NCBI GenBank assembly: GCA_964016885.1
Contig: OZ024740.1
Coordinates: forward strand, 348,812,001-348,876,000
Length of the DNA: 64,000 nucleotides
Reading direction: 5' to 3'
DNA from: Eledone cirrhosa
Lineage: Eukaryota
In this document: piece after piece, positions 1 to 11,669 of the stretch
Layout: every line of letters begins with the position of its first letter
Position numbering within the stretch: the first letter of the stretch is position 1
The notes under the pieces: model-generated
The model's input: the letters and a program-made list of their open reading frames with translations, nothing else
Databases searched by the model: none
Told to the model about the DNA's origin: nothing
Translations under genes and position numbers: made by a program

Positions 1-830
1 TTAAAGATTTCTAGGTTTGAGGATAAGCGGGATATTCGGAGGGATATACTACGTGCTATGGATCTAATTATGGATTTGGGGTGATTTGAGTTGTAACTAA
101 TGTAGGCAAGATTTTCATTATTTTTGTGGAAAGGTTCTATTAATCCAGTATTTAGATTTAGAGTCACATCTAGAAAATTTACCTTCTCATGGTTTAGTTC
201 GTAGGTAATACTTAGGCCTAGTTTTTTGAAGAATATTCTAATATTTTTTCTTAGTCTTTCCATGCTCTGGTTGTTTAGGTTCCTAGCTATAAGTAACGTG
301 TCGTCCCTATAAATTCCTCCTTGGAGGTTACTGAATTCCTTATGTAGGTTGTGTGCTATGAATAGCCCCACGATATCTGTGATTTGCGCAGAATCATTTG
401 ATCCCATTGTTATATCGAAGATATTTATTCTATCCTTTCTTACCCAGTAGCTATTTTCAAATTTTATGATAGTCCTTCTAGCCGCTATTATTATTTCAAT
501 TTCATCATGGGTAAGATCAGAGTTATTTTGGGCAAATATAAGCGCCTTATCTAGGGTAGCTGGGGATATGGATGCATAGTAGTCGTCTATATCAAATTGT
601 ATGAAGTTACACGTCTCCCTATTTTGTATTTTATTGAACCATTTAATTGCCTCGTTAGTGTTGCCCCATAAATTGATTTCTAGTTTACCCTTTATTTGTG
701 CGATTACCCTATCTAGAATGTTCTTGCTAATTTTACCTATGTCTGACTTGGATCGGCATATTAATCTAATGGTGGGATTAGTTTCAAAGTTATTTTTGTG
801 ATCCTGGACTTTACCTAAGTGGACTGCATT
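1..830 (-). mobile_element. Penelope-like element RT fragment (Naiad-like), runs off window start
   Basis: Minus-strand translation gives FDITMGSNDSAQITDIVG and GGIYRDD, typical PLE RT motifs; abuts (TA)n at ~852. Confidence 0.8.
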
Positions 831-850
831 TAACTATTATTTGTTACCCC

Positions 851-851
<1 letters not shown>

Positions 852-934
<83 letters not shown>

Positions 935-935
935 G

Positions 936-966
<31 letters not shown>

Positions 967-1005
967 GTATATATATATATGTATATATATATATAGATAG
1001 ATAAA
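852..1005. repeat. (TA)n microsatellite
   Basis: Directly visible. Confidence 0.95.
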
Positions 1006-1009
1006 TATA

Positions 1010-1490
1010 CACGGGTGTGTATGATTGTGTATAGAAAATTGTATTAATAAGAGGAATTCTAACTTTGTCTGATTTACTGGTTTTATTTACAATCCTTTAA
1101 AATTTATAATGGTATTATAATGAAATAGTATGATAGAATATTAAATTCTAAGTGTTAATTGAACAAGTACTTTCATGCTTTCGCAATCTTCAGGTTCATA
1201 ATTTGTGGTGACAGTCAAGTTTGTAATTTTCAACTGTAATGAGATGGGTAAATTTTGTACCTTATATACAGTGAAAAGTGGCTCCAGAATGCTAAATCTT
1301 GCAAACTGTATTTCGACCAATCGGTGTGTAGTTTCACTGAATTACTAAAGCTGATTGGTTTAAGCGTCACGGTTGGTTGAGCATGTCTAACGACCACTAA
1401 TTGATCCTATCCAAAGCATCAATTGTTTTGCTAATTTTAGAAATGATGAAAATAGCATTTTCTAATAATCATCACCATCAACATCACTTT
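1010..1490 (-). mobile_element. Non-coding repeat carrying a minimal hammerhead (family B); related copies at 26380-27135, 47535-47865, 57080-57410
   Basis: High similarity to 26380-26870; adjacent to (TA)n; contains HHR motif. Confidence 0.7.
1160..1198 (-). ncRNA. Putative minimal type-I hammerhead ribozyme (family B)
   Basis: Reverse complement: TGAAC-CTGAAGA-T-TGC GAAA GCA-T-GAAA-GTAC-TT-GTTCA; stem I TGAAC/GTTCA, palindromic stem III GTAC; U-U mismatch at base of stem II. Confidence 0.6.
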
Positions 1491-1652
1491 TATTATTATT
1501 ATTATTATTGTTGTTGTTGTTAGTGGTCGTAGTCGACATGGTTGTAGTCATAGTCATAGTAGAAGTATTACCCCTAAGCGTTATTATTGTTCATTTCGCT
1601 TGGGTTTGAATTTATCAATAAAATTCTTTTCTTTGATTTTTCATATATATAT

Positions 1653-2400
1653 ATGAAGAGAGAAGAAACATTTAGATATAATTAGTAATAAGATGTATCA
1701 TACCTAAACTGCTTCTAGATTCATCGACTACGTAGTTTCGTGGCATAAACAAAAACAATACATCATATAGATATAGAGCCTTTGCGAGGTCTGCCAACTT
1801 ATCAAGAGGATACCTCGTTTTACTAGCCTCAAGAACGCGTCTATATGATGTGAGAAAGAATCCCAAATGGCGGAGGGGGAGACAGTCACGTGATACAACG
1901 GTCAAGAAACAGAGCTAAGCTCCTTATAACCCCGAAAAATACCACGGAGGCGGAGGGGGTATTTATATCGAAGCCGTAGAAGAGGTGGTTAAGGAGGATA
2001 GAAGTATGAGTAATGGCAGCTTTCCAGCAGTCACTACACTTCAATGATTACTCGACCAGAGGGAGTTATGAACAATATATTGAGAAACCCACAGATACAT
2101 GCGGGGGTGCGGACACACACATATACATGAATATATCCACATCCATCCTTGAGTTAATGGTGCCAACCTTAACCGATGTTGCTCTATGAATAACTGGGAC
2201 AAACCAATCCGAATGGATTAGACTGAACCAGTATCAGAGCTAAAAGTACATCTAGAGGTACATCTAGAAGCAGTTTAGGTATGATACATCTTATTACTAA
2301 TTATATCTAAATGTTTCTTCTCTCTTCATAATGTACTTTTAGCTCTGATACTGGTTCAGTCTAATCCATTCGGATTGGTTTGTCCCAGTTATTCACAGAC
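1653..2400. mobile_element. PLE pseudo-LTR-like non-coding element with internal inverted repeats; another fragment at 9410-9625
   Basis: 1653-1720 is the inverse of 2261-2330; 2188-2250 is the inverse of 2332-2395; carries HHR-like motif; directly precedes a PLE RT. Confidence 0.6.
1721..1810 (-). ncRNA. Candidate type-I hammerhead with U3-A8 core variant
   Basis: Reverse complement: TCCTC-TTGATAA-GTTGGC...GCCAC-GAAA-CTACGTAG-TC-GATGA; palindromic stem III, GUC site; stems I and II imperfect. Confidence 0.5.
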
Positions 2401-2446
2401 GCCCAACAACTTGGGAGGAAACCTGTAGATGGCTGTAGAAGGCTCG

Positions 2447-4150
2447 TTATGTAGACGATATCAATATAGTTATAAGAACACCCCCACTAGAGAGCACTAA
2501 CAAGTTTGATTTAGAACGTAGCACGATGGAAAGCATCCAGCAGATAGCTAATTCCATACACCATAGTATAACTGTTACTATCGACTTCCCTTCCAAACAC
2601 CCTAACAATAAACTACCTGTATTAGACACAGAACTCTGGATTAACACTATAGACGAGAGAGCCCAAATTCTCCACTCACACTATGCTAAACCCATGGCCT
2701 CCAAATACCTGATACTCAAAAACTCAGCAATGTCCAGTAGTGCTAAGTTTAATATTCTGATCGCAGATTTGGTACGAGTGATGAAGAATGTGTCCCGCAT
2801 GTGCGACCCAACAGAAATGGAAAGACACATCCAACACTTCATCAACCGCATGCAGTTCTCTGGCTACAACCAAAGAGACAAAGTCAGAGTATACGAAGGA
2901 GCCATGGAGAAGTATAAGACCCTCATAGAACTGGACATGAAAGGAATTTGCCCACTATACAGGAGCAAATCATGGAATAGCTTAGATAGGGCTAGACATA
3001 AGATAGGGAAAGCCACCTCATGGTACGACAACCAGAGATACCAGAGTGCCATGTTTGTGGACGCTACCCCTGGAGGGAAATTAGCTAACCAGTGTAGAAA
3101 GGCCCTGAGAAAGACCCACTTAAAAATAAAGGTGGTAGAAAAGCCAGGAACCACCATAAAATCCCTGATCAGCAAAACCTACCCTTTTAAGAAAACCCAC
3201 TGTACCAATAGGAAATGTATCATATGTAAGGTGAACCCCCGGATAAACTGTAAAACTAGAAACGTAGTCTATAGCATAAGATGTACAGAGGGTACTTGCA
3301 GAAACATGACAACAATATACATAGGTGAGACAGCTCGTAGCATAGTTAAAAGGATAGACCAACACTAGGGGAACTAAAAGGACGAAAAAACGGGTCAGTA
3401 CTATACGAACATGCCAGACAACAACATGACGGTAACATAGACAACATAGAAATTAGAATAATATCTAAACATAGAAATGACCCAGCAGATAGGCAAATCA
3501 GAGAGGCCGGTGAAATAGAAATTAGAAGACCAAGACTAAACAGAAAGAATGAATGGAATAACAACAACACCCAAACAAACAACACTGACCTAAGAGAAGT
3601 ATAAATAAGTAAATAAAATAAAATAAATAAATAATTAAATAAATAAATAAATACATACACAAGCACAATATCAACAAGCACATAAACACACACTAGTCAC
3701 CCATCACACAGCAAACAAAACACTATACACACACGCAAACGTATGCGCAAAGAAGACAAAATAAAATAAAAAAACAAGCAAATAAATAAATAAATATATA
3801 GACAGACTGAATAAAAATGTCGTAGACATACAATACAACAGGAGGAAAATATAGCACCACTGACGATGTTGCAGATGTGCAATGAAAGATTTATGATAAA
3901 CTATATGTAAGTGTTTGTGTCTATATTGTATCTGTATTATTTTTTACCGTCGGTCAGTCAATGGCAACATTGAGGACCGATTAAGTTAGATTACCGATAT
4001 AAAAGACACAGAAGCGAGAAGCGAAAACCAACCAAACAGTGAGTGTGTTCTGTTATTAATTCTGGCAATATTACACAAATATGACCCTCCCCAAGTATAA
4101 CAATATTTGTTTCGACACACGATTTCATATAAAAAACCTCGCAAAACTAA
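2447..4150 (+). mobile_element. 5'-truncated Penelope-like element (RT C-terminus, Cys-rich linker, GIY-YIG), degenerate; Neptune/Nematis-like
   Basis: YVDD at ~2448; ORF 2526-3368 with LPVLD, CTNRKCIIC..C linker, VVYSIRC and YIGETAR; paralog of 21085-22963. Confidence 0.85.
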
Positions 4151-4176
4151 TTCATCGCCGCTATATATATATGTAT

Positions 4177-4306
4177 ATATAGTTTGCCTGTACGATCTAA
4201 AAAATAATAAATCAATACTCACAAACCCATATGGGCAAAAGGCCTTGCCCATATGGGTTTGTGAGTATTGATTTATTATTTTTTAGATCGTACAGGCAAA
4301 CTATAT
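4177..4306. repeat. Near-perfect foldback hairpin (~62-bp arms)
   Basis: atatagtttgcctgtacg...cccatatgggcaa-aaggcc-ttgcccatatggg...cgtacaggcaaactatat. Confidence 0.9.
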
Positions 4307-4482
4307 GTATTTGAATTAAGATATTTCATTCTAACGATTTTATTAGTCAATTGCAACTAAAACATGTAAATGTTTATCAAATATTAATTTATTCTGCTCA
4401 GAAGCGATTCTTAGAGCTGTAATAATTGTAAATGACCCCATTGAGTGTAAACTCTAAGTCATATTATATATATATATGTATG

Positions 4483-4532
<50 letters not shown>

Positions 4533-4536
<4 letters not shown>

Positions 4537-4960
4537 ACGTGTGTGGATAAGTGGATAGAGAACTGGATATAGCCCAAATGATGTTGGAATCACCTTTAGT
4601 GTACACCCAATGCTTGGGCCCCGTGCTATCCGCCCACGACAAAAATTCAACTCGCATCATATAACAACAATACGGCATAATTATTTCACCTCAGTTGGCC
4701 CTGCACTCTTTAACATTACACCAAAACACATCAAAGCAGAGACAGACCCCCATCAAGTTCAAGAAATCTTTGGATAAATTCCTTCAAGAAATCCCGGATA
4801 AGCCTCCTACACCCGGATATACCTCCGTAAACAATAACTCTCTGCTCGAGTGGGTCATGGTGCCCAAACACTGATTTGTAAGACTTCGCCAGGTGGTGCT
4901 ATTAAGTTAGACATGGCCTGGGCCAATACTGGCTGAAACCTATCAAATTTATCAAAGTTA
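4533..4960 (+). mobile_element. 3' end of a CR1/Jockey-group LINE
   Basis: Translates to GPALFNITPKHIK...FKKSLDKFLQEIPDKPPTPGY...NNNSL, typical C-terminus of such ORF2 proteins; between (TA)n tracts. Confidence 0.65.
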
Positions 4961-5403
4961 TTTATATATATATATATATATATCTATATCCAAAATTAAG
5001 ATAAATCAAATGAATTTAATCTAAATCAAAATTATGGGTGTTATGCCAGAAAGACATGCGCCAAATAAGCTCTAAGATTCTAACGTGTATTTCTAATAGA
5101 TATACCACGTGTCGCTGGCCAGTCGCTCTGATTTGAACTTGAAGTGTAAACACGGATCGCTGAAACTTCTTCCTTGTTGAAAATCCAGGTCTCCACTTCC
5201 GTGGTTTACCATCCGATTAATTGGTGAAATATATTTCTTTAATGGAATATATACAGGGAAGATTAATCATATTATAAGGTATCTATTTTTGAATATCTGG
5301 TCAACTTTATTTAGTTACCTACCTAGCTATGTGTGGTTACACACTTGTAAACATTATCTCCTGTGATTATTCATGTTTATCTAAATATTAATCAATTTCT
5401 AGT

Positions 5404-5434
<31 letters not shown>

Positions 5435-8400
5435 CTAGCAGAAGTACCCGGCGTTGCCCGGGTGTATGGTCGACTTTTGCTCTTCTGTTAAAATGTTGCA
5501 AAGTTACCTCCCGCTCATCACAGGTGCAAAAACCTTCGAACCTCAAGGAAAAAACAGAGGTTAGTAGACGCAGGTGTGTAATTGAGCATAAATAATGGAT
5601 CAATTGTAGATTCAGAGTGTATCGTTGAAATTGTTCTTTGCACGACTGACGGAAGTCAAATTCACTTGAAATTGAATATTCAGTTGATTTTTAAAGCAGG
5701 GTGAAAAAGTCGATTTTTTTCACAGTTTTTTTTCTTTTTTTTACATCTTTCTCGCTCACATATGTGCAGAAGGAGAAATAAAAGGGACTTTATCTGAACC
5801 GCGGCATAATGGCGAGTCTTTTGCGACAGTTTTCAAGAAAATCGGACGTTCCTGTAAAAAGTTTTCCCATGTGCAACTTTGCCTTGTTTTTTGCGCAAAG
5901 TCGAACCCCCACTTCAGTTTTATTGCGTGACCTCTGAAATAGATTTGAGTAGCTAAAAACCTGTCCCGGTAAATTTACTATAGGTGAAAAAAAGTTGATC
6001 AAAATTGTGTCTAGGGTTATTGCCCTTTGCAACAGCCTCAACGTGTCTTCAAGTATGGTATGTTAATTTGTTGTGGAACTAAATCGACTTTCGTCAAATC
6101 GGACCGAGGAAACAATGTTTCCATTTGTCTTTCTAGCTGGTGTACCCGGTTACACTCGGGGTTATAATTGGATTTAAACGGGTCTGCGCTAAATTCCAGC
6201 AGGATGCTTTAACCGAAATAAATGAAGAACAAACGTTTCTTTTTGTGCTCCAATCTGTGATATCGGTATTTTGAAAAAATAGTCCACAAACATCCATGGA
6301 GCATGTGTAACGCATGTATCAGGCTATGAGAAAAAGGGTTTTCGATTCTCCATTCATAAGATACCAAAAAATTGCACGCAAATAAACCGGGATTTTAAGG
6401 CACTGCCCAATTCATAGCTGAAAGGTAAGAATCAAGTGGAATAATGTTTTGCGACATTGTCAAATGTACAACCGTACAAAAGCAAAGGATATAGCCATTG
6501 AAATCTAGGTAGACCAAAGAATTTGGTGGGGTTGTATATCAGAAGATTGTTTTCCTTGTGATTCGCGTCTAGCCTACAAAGATTGTAGTCGGTGTTGTAT
6601 CAATAAAAAATAAAAGCATACGGAAGACTGAACACTTACGAATTAAGTGAAAATCACGTTGATATTCCTATCGGAGCAAGATGTGCCGTAAAAACTGACG
6701 GACTGTTGTGTCAATATTGAAATCGTAGAAATTGCAAATCCCGACCTCTAAGATGTAATGGAGGTGAAGAGGAAGAATTGGTACAATTGTTTTGCTGAAC
6801 ATGTTGACCATTAATTTAAATAGACTTACGCAGCATCATCGTGCGGTTTTGTTGTTTATGACCTAGAATGAGGGCCGATTAAACGCGGCAGAAAAATAAG
6901 CCATTCTGATGATGTTTAGGGACATCGCAGGGAATAGATGTGGCGTTGTGATTCAATTTTGAGGACAGTGGAAGGCACGCTGATCGCTTGAGAAGATGCG
7001 ATGCTACAGAGGATGCTTCTCGGTCATAATTGACAAAAAGGCATGTCAGGAGAAATGAAATAGTTGCTATTCATCCTTTGCTTAGCATGATGAACATGTA
7101 ATTAAAAAGATTTACCATGTACTATTGTGCACGTTGGTATTGTGTTTAGCCTGCGAAAATCGGTGGTCAAATGGGGCAACAATAAGCCATGCTGATGACA
7201 AGGAATTGATGCGGCATAGATAGCCATGGGAGTCTTGAAGGGGCACAGCGGGGCCAGCAGGCAAGGAAGAGGGAAGGGGTGGACGGTGGCAAGGATGCCG
7301 CATGGTGAGCCATGGAAGCCTTGAAGGAACACTGCGGGCAGGCAAAAGAAGAGGCCGAGGTGGGGATGGCGGTTGACAGTGCATTGATGCAGCATGGTGA
7401 TGCATGACGATGCAGTGGGACGACGGTGTGCAGGGAACGGAGAGGGCAGGGGTTGACGGTGGCAGGGATGCGACTTGGTTCCTCAAGACTGCCATGCCTA
7501 GGCAGTGGAAAGGGTCGGGGAGTGGTTGGCGGCTGACAGGGCAGGGATGCAACATGATGAGGCATGACGTAAGGGCAGGGTGCATGGTGGCTGACAGGGC
7601 GTGGATGCGGCATGCCAATCGAGTTGCACCTCGGGAATGTAGGGAGCACCGGGAGGCACGATGATTGTTTGAGAAAACCGGGTGCAAGGCAGGATGTTTA
7701 TCGGCCATACATGATCGGTAGGCTTTGGAGGAGAAAGTGATGAATTTTTGTTTAATTTTGTTAAATATGGTCAAAATGAATGTAAAAATGCTTGCACAGG
7801 ATCGCCTTCATGTTCGGTGCTGTCTTTGGTCTGAGATAATGGGCAGTTATGTGCGGCGCAGGAATAAACCATGCTGATGACATTTGCGCAAGTTGCTGAC
7901 AGGGCAGGAATGCCGCATGGTGAGCCATGGCAGTCGTGAGGGACCAAGGCGTGCGGGCAAGGGAAAGGGCAGGGGTTGACGGTGGCAGGGATGCGGCTTG
8001 ATTAGGCATGGCAGTCTTGAAGGAGCACGGCGGGAAGGCATAATAAAAGGCTGTGGAGGGGATGGCGGCTGACAGATCATGGATTCGACATGGGGAGGCA
8101 TAACATTGCAGTAGGTCGACGGCGTGCAGGGAAGGGAGATAGCCGGGATTGCAGGGATTCCGCATGGTGAGCCATGGCACTCGTGAAGGACCAAGGCGTG
8201 CGGGTAAGGGAGAGGGCAGGGGAGGGCATGGCGGCTGACAGAGCATGGATGCGGCATGGTGAGGCATGACGATGCAGTGGAACGACGGCGTGCAGGGAAG
8301 GGAGAGGGAAGGACTTGATTGTGGCAGGGATGCGGCTTGGTTAGGCATGGCAGTCTTGAAGGAGCACGGCGGGCAGGAAAAAGAAAGGGCTGAGGAGGCG

Positions 8401-9390
8401 ATAGTGGCCGACAGGGCAGTTTCGGCATGGTGAGGCATGACGATGGAGTGGGACGACGGCGTGCAGGGAAGATAGAGGGCAAGGGTTGACGGTGGCAGGG
8501 ATGCGGCTTGGTCAGGCATGGAAGTCTTGAGCTCTCCCGGAGTGTAGGCAATGGAAATGGGCAGGGGTGGATGGTGGTAGGGATTCGGCATGTTGAGCCA
8601 TGGCAGTCCATAGGGACCACGTAAGGCAGGCAATGGAAAGGGCCGGGGAATGAATTGTGGCTGACAAGGCAGAGATGCGCATGGTGATGCACAACGATGC
8701 AGTGAGTCGACGGCGTGTAGGGAAGGGAGAGGACAGGGGTTGACGGATGCCTCATTATGCTACGGTAGTGGGACCACGGGAATGAAGAGAGCGCATGAAG
8801 GCTCGATGATCGCTTGAGAAGACTGGGCGCAATACAGGATGATGCGCGGCGGTATAGTCTTGATAGTCCTTATATAAGAAATGGAAGAATTGGCATAAAA
8901 GGTGTGCTAAATATGGTGAGCGTTAATTTAAAGAGACTTACGGTGGATAATCCTGATAGATTGAACGTTTTTTGCATGGCGGGAGTCGCGACAAATGGAA
9001 GCAAGAAGAATGGCGTTTTTCGGTTACCGGAATTTTGCCTCTGGGGGTCCGATTATCGATGTTTTGATCCCCGCATCAAAATACATACCTACGTCAAATT
9101 TCATTGGAATCGGACAAATTTCGTAAATATCGATTTTTGCCTCTGGTGATCCAATTATCGATCTTTCGAAATTTTAATGTAGCCCACGTTGATCCCCGGA
9201 TTAAAATACTCACTTGCGTCGAGTTTCATCGAAATCGGACGATTTTTGGCTTCTGGGGGCCCGATTATCGATTTTTCGAAAATTTCAAGTAGCCTATTAC
9301 AATCTACGGATCGAGTTTATATATGTGTCAAGTTTCATGAAAATCGGATGAACGGTGTAGCCTGCAAGTTCGGGAAACCATCTATCGTGA
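5435..9390 (-). mobile_element. Helitron, non-autonomous or decayed, in (TA)n
   Basis: Minus strand starts with TC (9390) and ends CCCGG-GCAACG-CCGGG hairpin followed by TACTTCTG-CTAG (5435), between A and T; broken coding-like remnant 5790-6900. Confidence 0.8.
7170..8750. repeat. GC-rich degenerate minisatellite inside the Helitron
   Basis: Recurring ggcaggggttgacggtggcagggatgcggc, gcatggtgaggcatgacgatgcagtgg and ggcatggcagtcttgaagg motifs; source of spurious Pro/His/Cys ORFs. Confidence 0.85.
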
Positions 9391-9619
9391 TATATATATA
9401 TATATATATATCTTATTACTAATTATATCTAATGTTTCTTCTCTCTTCATAATGTACTTTATAGCTCTGATACTGGTTCAGTCTAATCCATTCGGATTGG
9501 TTAGTCCCATTTATTCATAGAGCAACATCGGTTAAGGTTGGCACCATTAACTCAAGGATAGATGTGGATATATTCATGTATATGTATGTGTCCGCATGTA
9601 TCTGTGTGTTTCTCTATAT

Positions 9620-9672
<53 letters not shown>

Positions 9673-9893
9673 AATTAAGTTAAAAATGTACATCCACATA
9701 TGTATACTGAAATACTAGTATGCATATGAATACACACACGTATACATATGTAGATGTACCGAGTTTTTCACTGGTCACTTTACTGTGAGTGTCCAGCTAT
9801 TCTGTATGTAAACACACAGACAAACCGGTTTTTAGAGTCATACTGGTTTTTGAGGAAACACCTTTCCTCTATTCTCCAGAAAGCCAGACAAGG

Positions 9894-9938
9894 AATATTG
9901 AACTAGTTTCGATGTTGTTACATCTCATCAGCAATATT
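9894..9938 (-). ncRNA. Minimal type-I hammerhead ribozyme (family A, GUU site)
   Basis: Reverse complement AATATTG-CTGATGA-GATGT aaca ACATC-GAAA-CTAG-TT-CAATATT. Confidence 0.85.
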
Positions 9939-10240
9939 TACCTATCTTCCGGCCTCTCTAGAGAATCGTAAAAGCACATATCGTTATATGCTTTTTCTAT
10001 GAAAATTAGTAGTGGGCAGACTAATTTGCATAGAGCGTGAGTACGTACCAGTTCAACGGAGACGATAAAAACAAATAACGAAACGAAATTAAATTTCGTT
10101 TCGTTTGTAACTCACTTTTGTATGACTGACGCTTGTACTCACGCTCTATGCAAATTAGTCTGCCCACTACTAATTTTCATAGAAAAAGCATATAACGATA
10201 TGTGCTTTTACGATTCTCTAGAGAGGCCGGAAGATAGGTA

Positions 10241-10285
10241 AATATTGCTGATGAGATGTAACAACATCGAAACTAGTTCAATATT
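10241..10285 (+). ncRNA. Minimal type-I hammerhead ribozyme (family A, GUU site)
   Basis: AATATTG-CTGATGA-GATGT aaca ACATC-GAAA-CTAG-TT-CAATATT: 7-bp stem I, 5-bp stem II, palindromic stem III. Confidence 0.85.
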
Positions 10286-10706
10286 CCTTGTCTGGCTTTC
10301 TGGAGAATAGAGGAAAGGTGTTTCCTCAAAAACCAGTATGACTCTAAAAACCGGTTTGTCTGTGTGTTTACATACAGAATAGCTGGACACTCACAGTAAA
10401 GTGACCAGTGAAAAACTCGGTACATCTACATATGTATGCGTGTGTGTATTCATATGCATACTAGTATTTCAGTATACATATGTGGATGTACATTTTTAAC
10501 TTAATTGTTTAAGCGTCAGTCATACAAAAGTGAGTTACAAACGAAACGAAATTTAATTTCGTTTCGTTATTTGTTTTTATCGTCTCCGTTGAACCGGTAC
10601 GTACTCACGCTCTATGCAAATTAGTCTGCCCACTACTAATTTTCATAGAAAAAGCATATAACGATATGTGCTTTTACGATTCTCTAGAGAGGCCGGAAGA
10701 TAGGTA

Positions 10707-10751
10707 AATATTGCTGATGAGATGTAACAACATCGAAACTAGTTCAATATT
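10707..10751 (+). ncRNA. Minimal type-I hammerhead ribozyme (family A, GUU site)
   Basis: Same motif, +466. Confidence 0.85.
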
Positions 10752-11172
10752 CCTTGTCTGGCTTTCTGGAGAATAGAGGAAAGGTGTTTCCTCAAAAACC
10801 AGTATGACTCTAAAAACCGGTTTGTCTGTGTGTTTACATACAGAATAGCTGGACACTCACAGTAAAGTGACCAGTGAAAAACTCGGTACATCTACATATG
10901 TATACGTGTGTGTATTCATATGCATACTAGTATTTCAGTATACATATGTGGATGTACATTTTTAACTTAATTGTTTAAGCGTCAGTCATACAAAAGTGAG
11001 TTACAAACGAAACGAAATTTAATTTCGTTTCGTTATTTGTTTTTATCGTCTCCGTTGAACCGGTACGTACTCACGCTCTATGCAAATTAGTCTGCCCACT
11101 ACTAATTTTCATAGAAAAAGCATATAACGATATGTGCTTTTACGATTCTCTAGAGAGGCCGGAAGATAGGTA

Positions 11173-11217
11173 AATATTGCTGATGAGATGTAACAACATC
11201 GAAACTAGTTCAATATT
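11173..11217 (+). ncRNA. Minimal type-I hammerhead ribozyme (family A, GUU site)
   Basis: Same motif, +932. Confidence 0.85.
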
Positions 11218-11505
11218 CCTTGTCTGGCTTTCTGGAGAATAGAGGAAAGGTGTTTCCTCAAAAACCAGTATGACTCTAAAAACCGGTTTGTCTGTGTGTT
11301 TACATACAGAATAGCTGGACACTCACAGTAAAGTGACCAGTGAAAAACTCGGTACATCTACATATGTATACGTGTGTGTATTCATATGCATACTAGTATT
11401 TCAGTATACATATGTGGATGTACATTTTTAACTTAATTGTTTAAGCGTCTGTCATACAAAAGTGAGTTACAAACGAAACGAAATTTAATTTCGTTTCGTT
11501 ATTTG

Positions 11506-11615
<110 letters not shown>

Positions 11616-11669
11616 AAACACCAAATGTTCCAAGTTTTTTTTTTATTTTTTTTTTTTACCTTAAAACGA

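Noticed and set aside
7102-8755. Long Pro/His/Cys-rich ORFs (up to 302 aa)
   Set aside because: Open in several frames because of the GC-rich minisatellite
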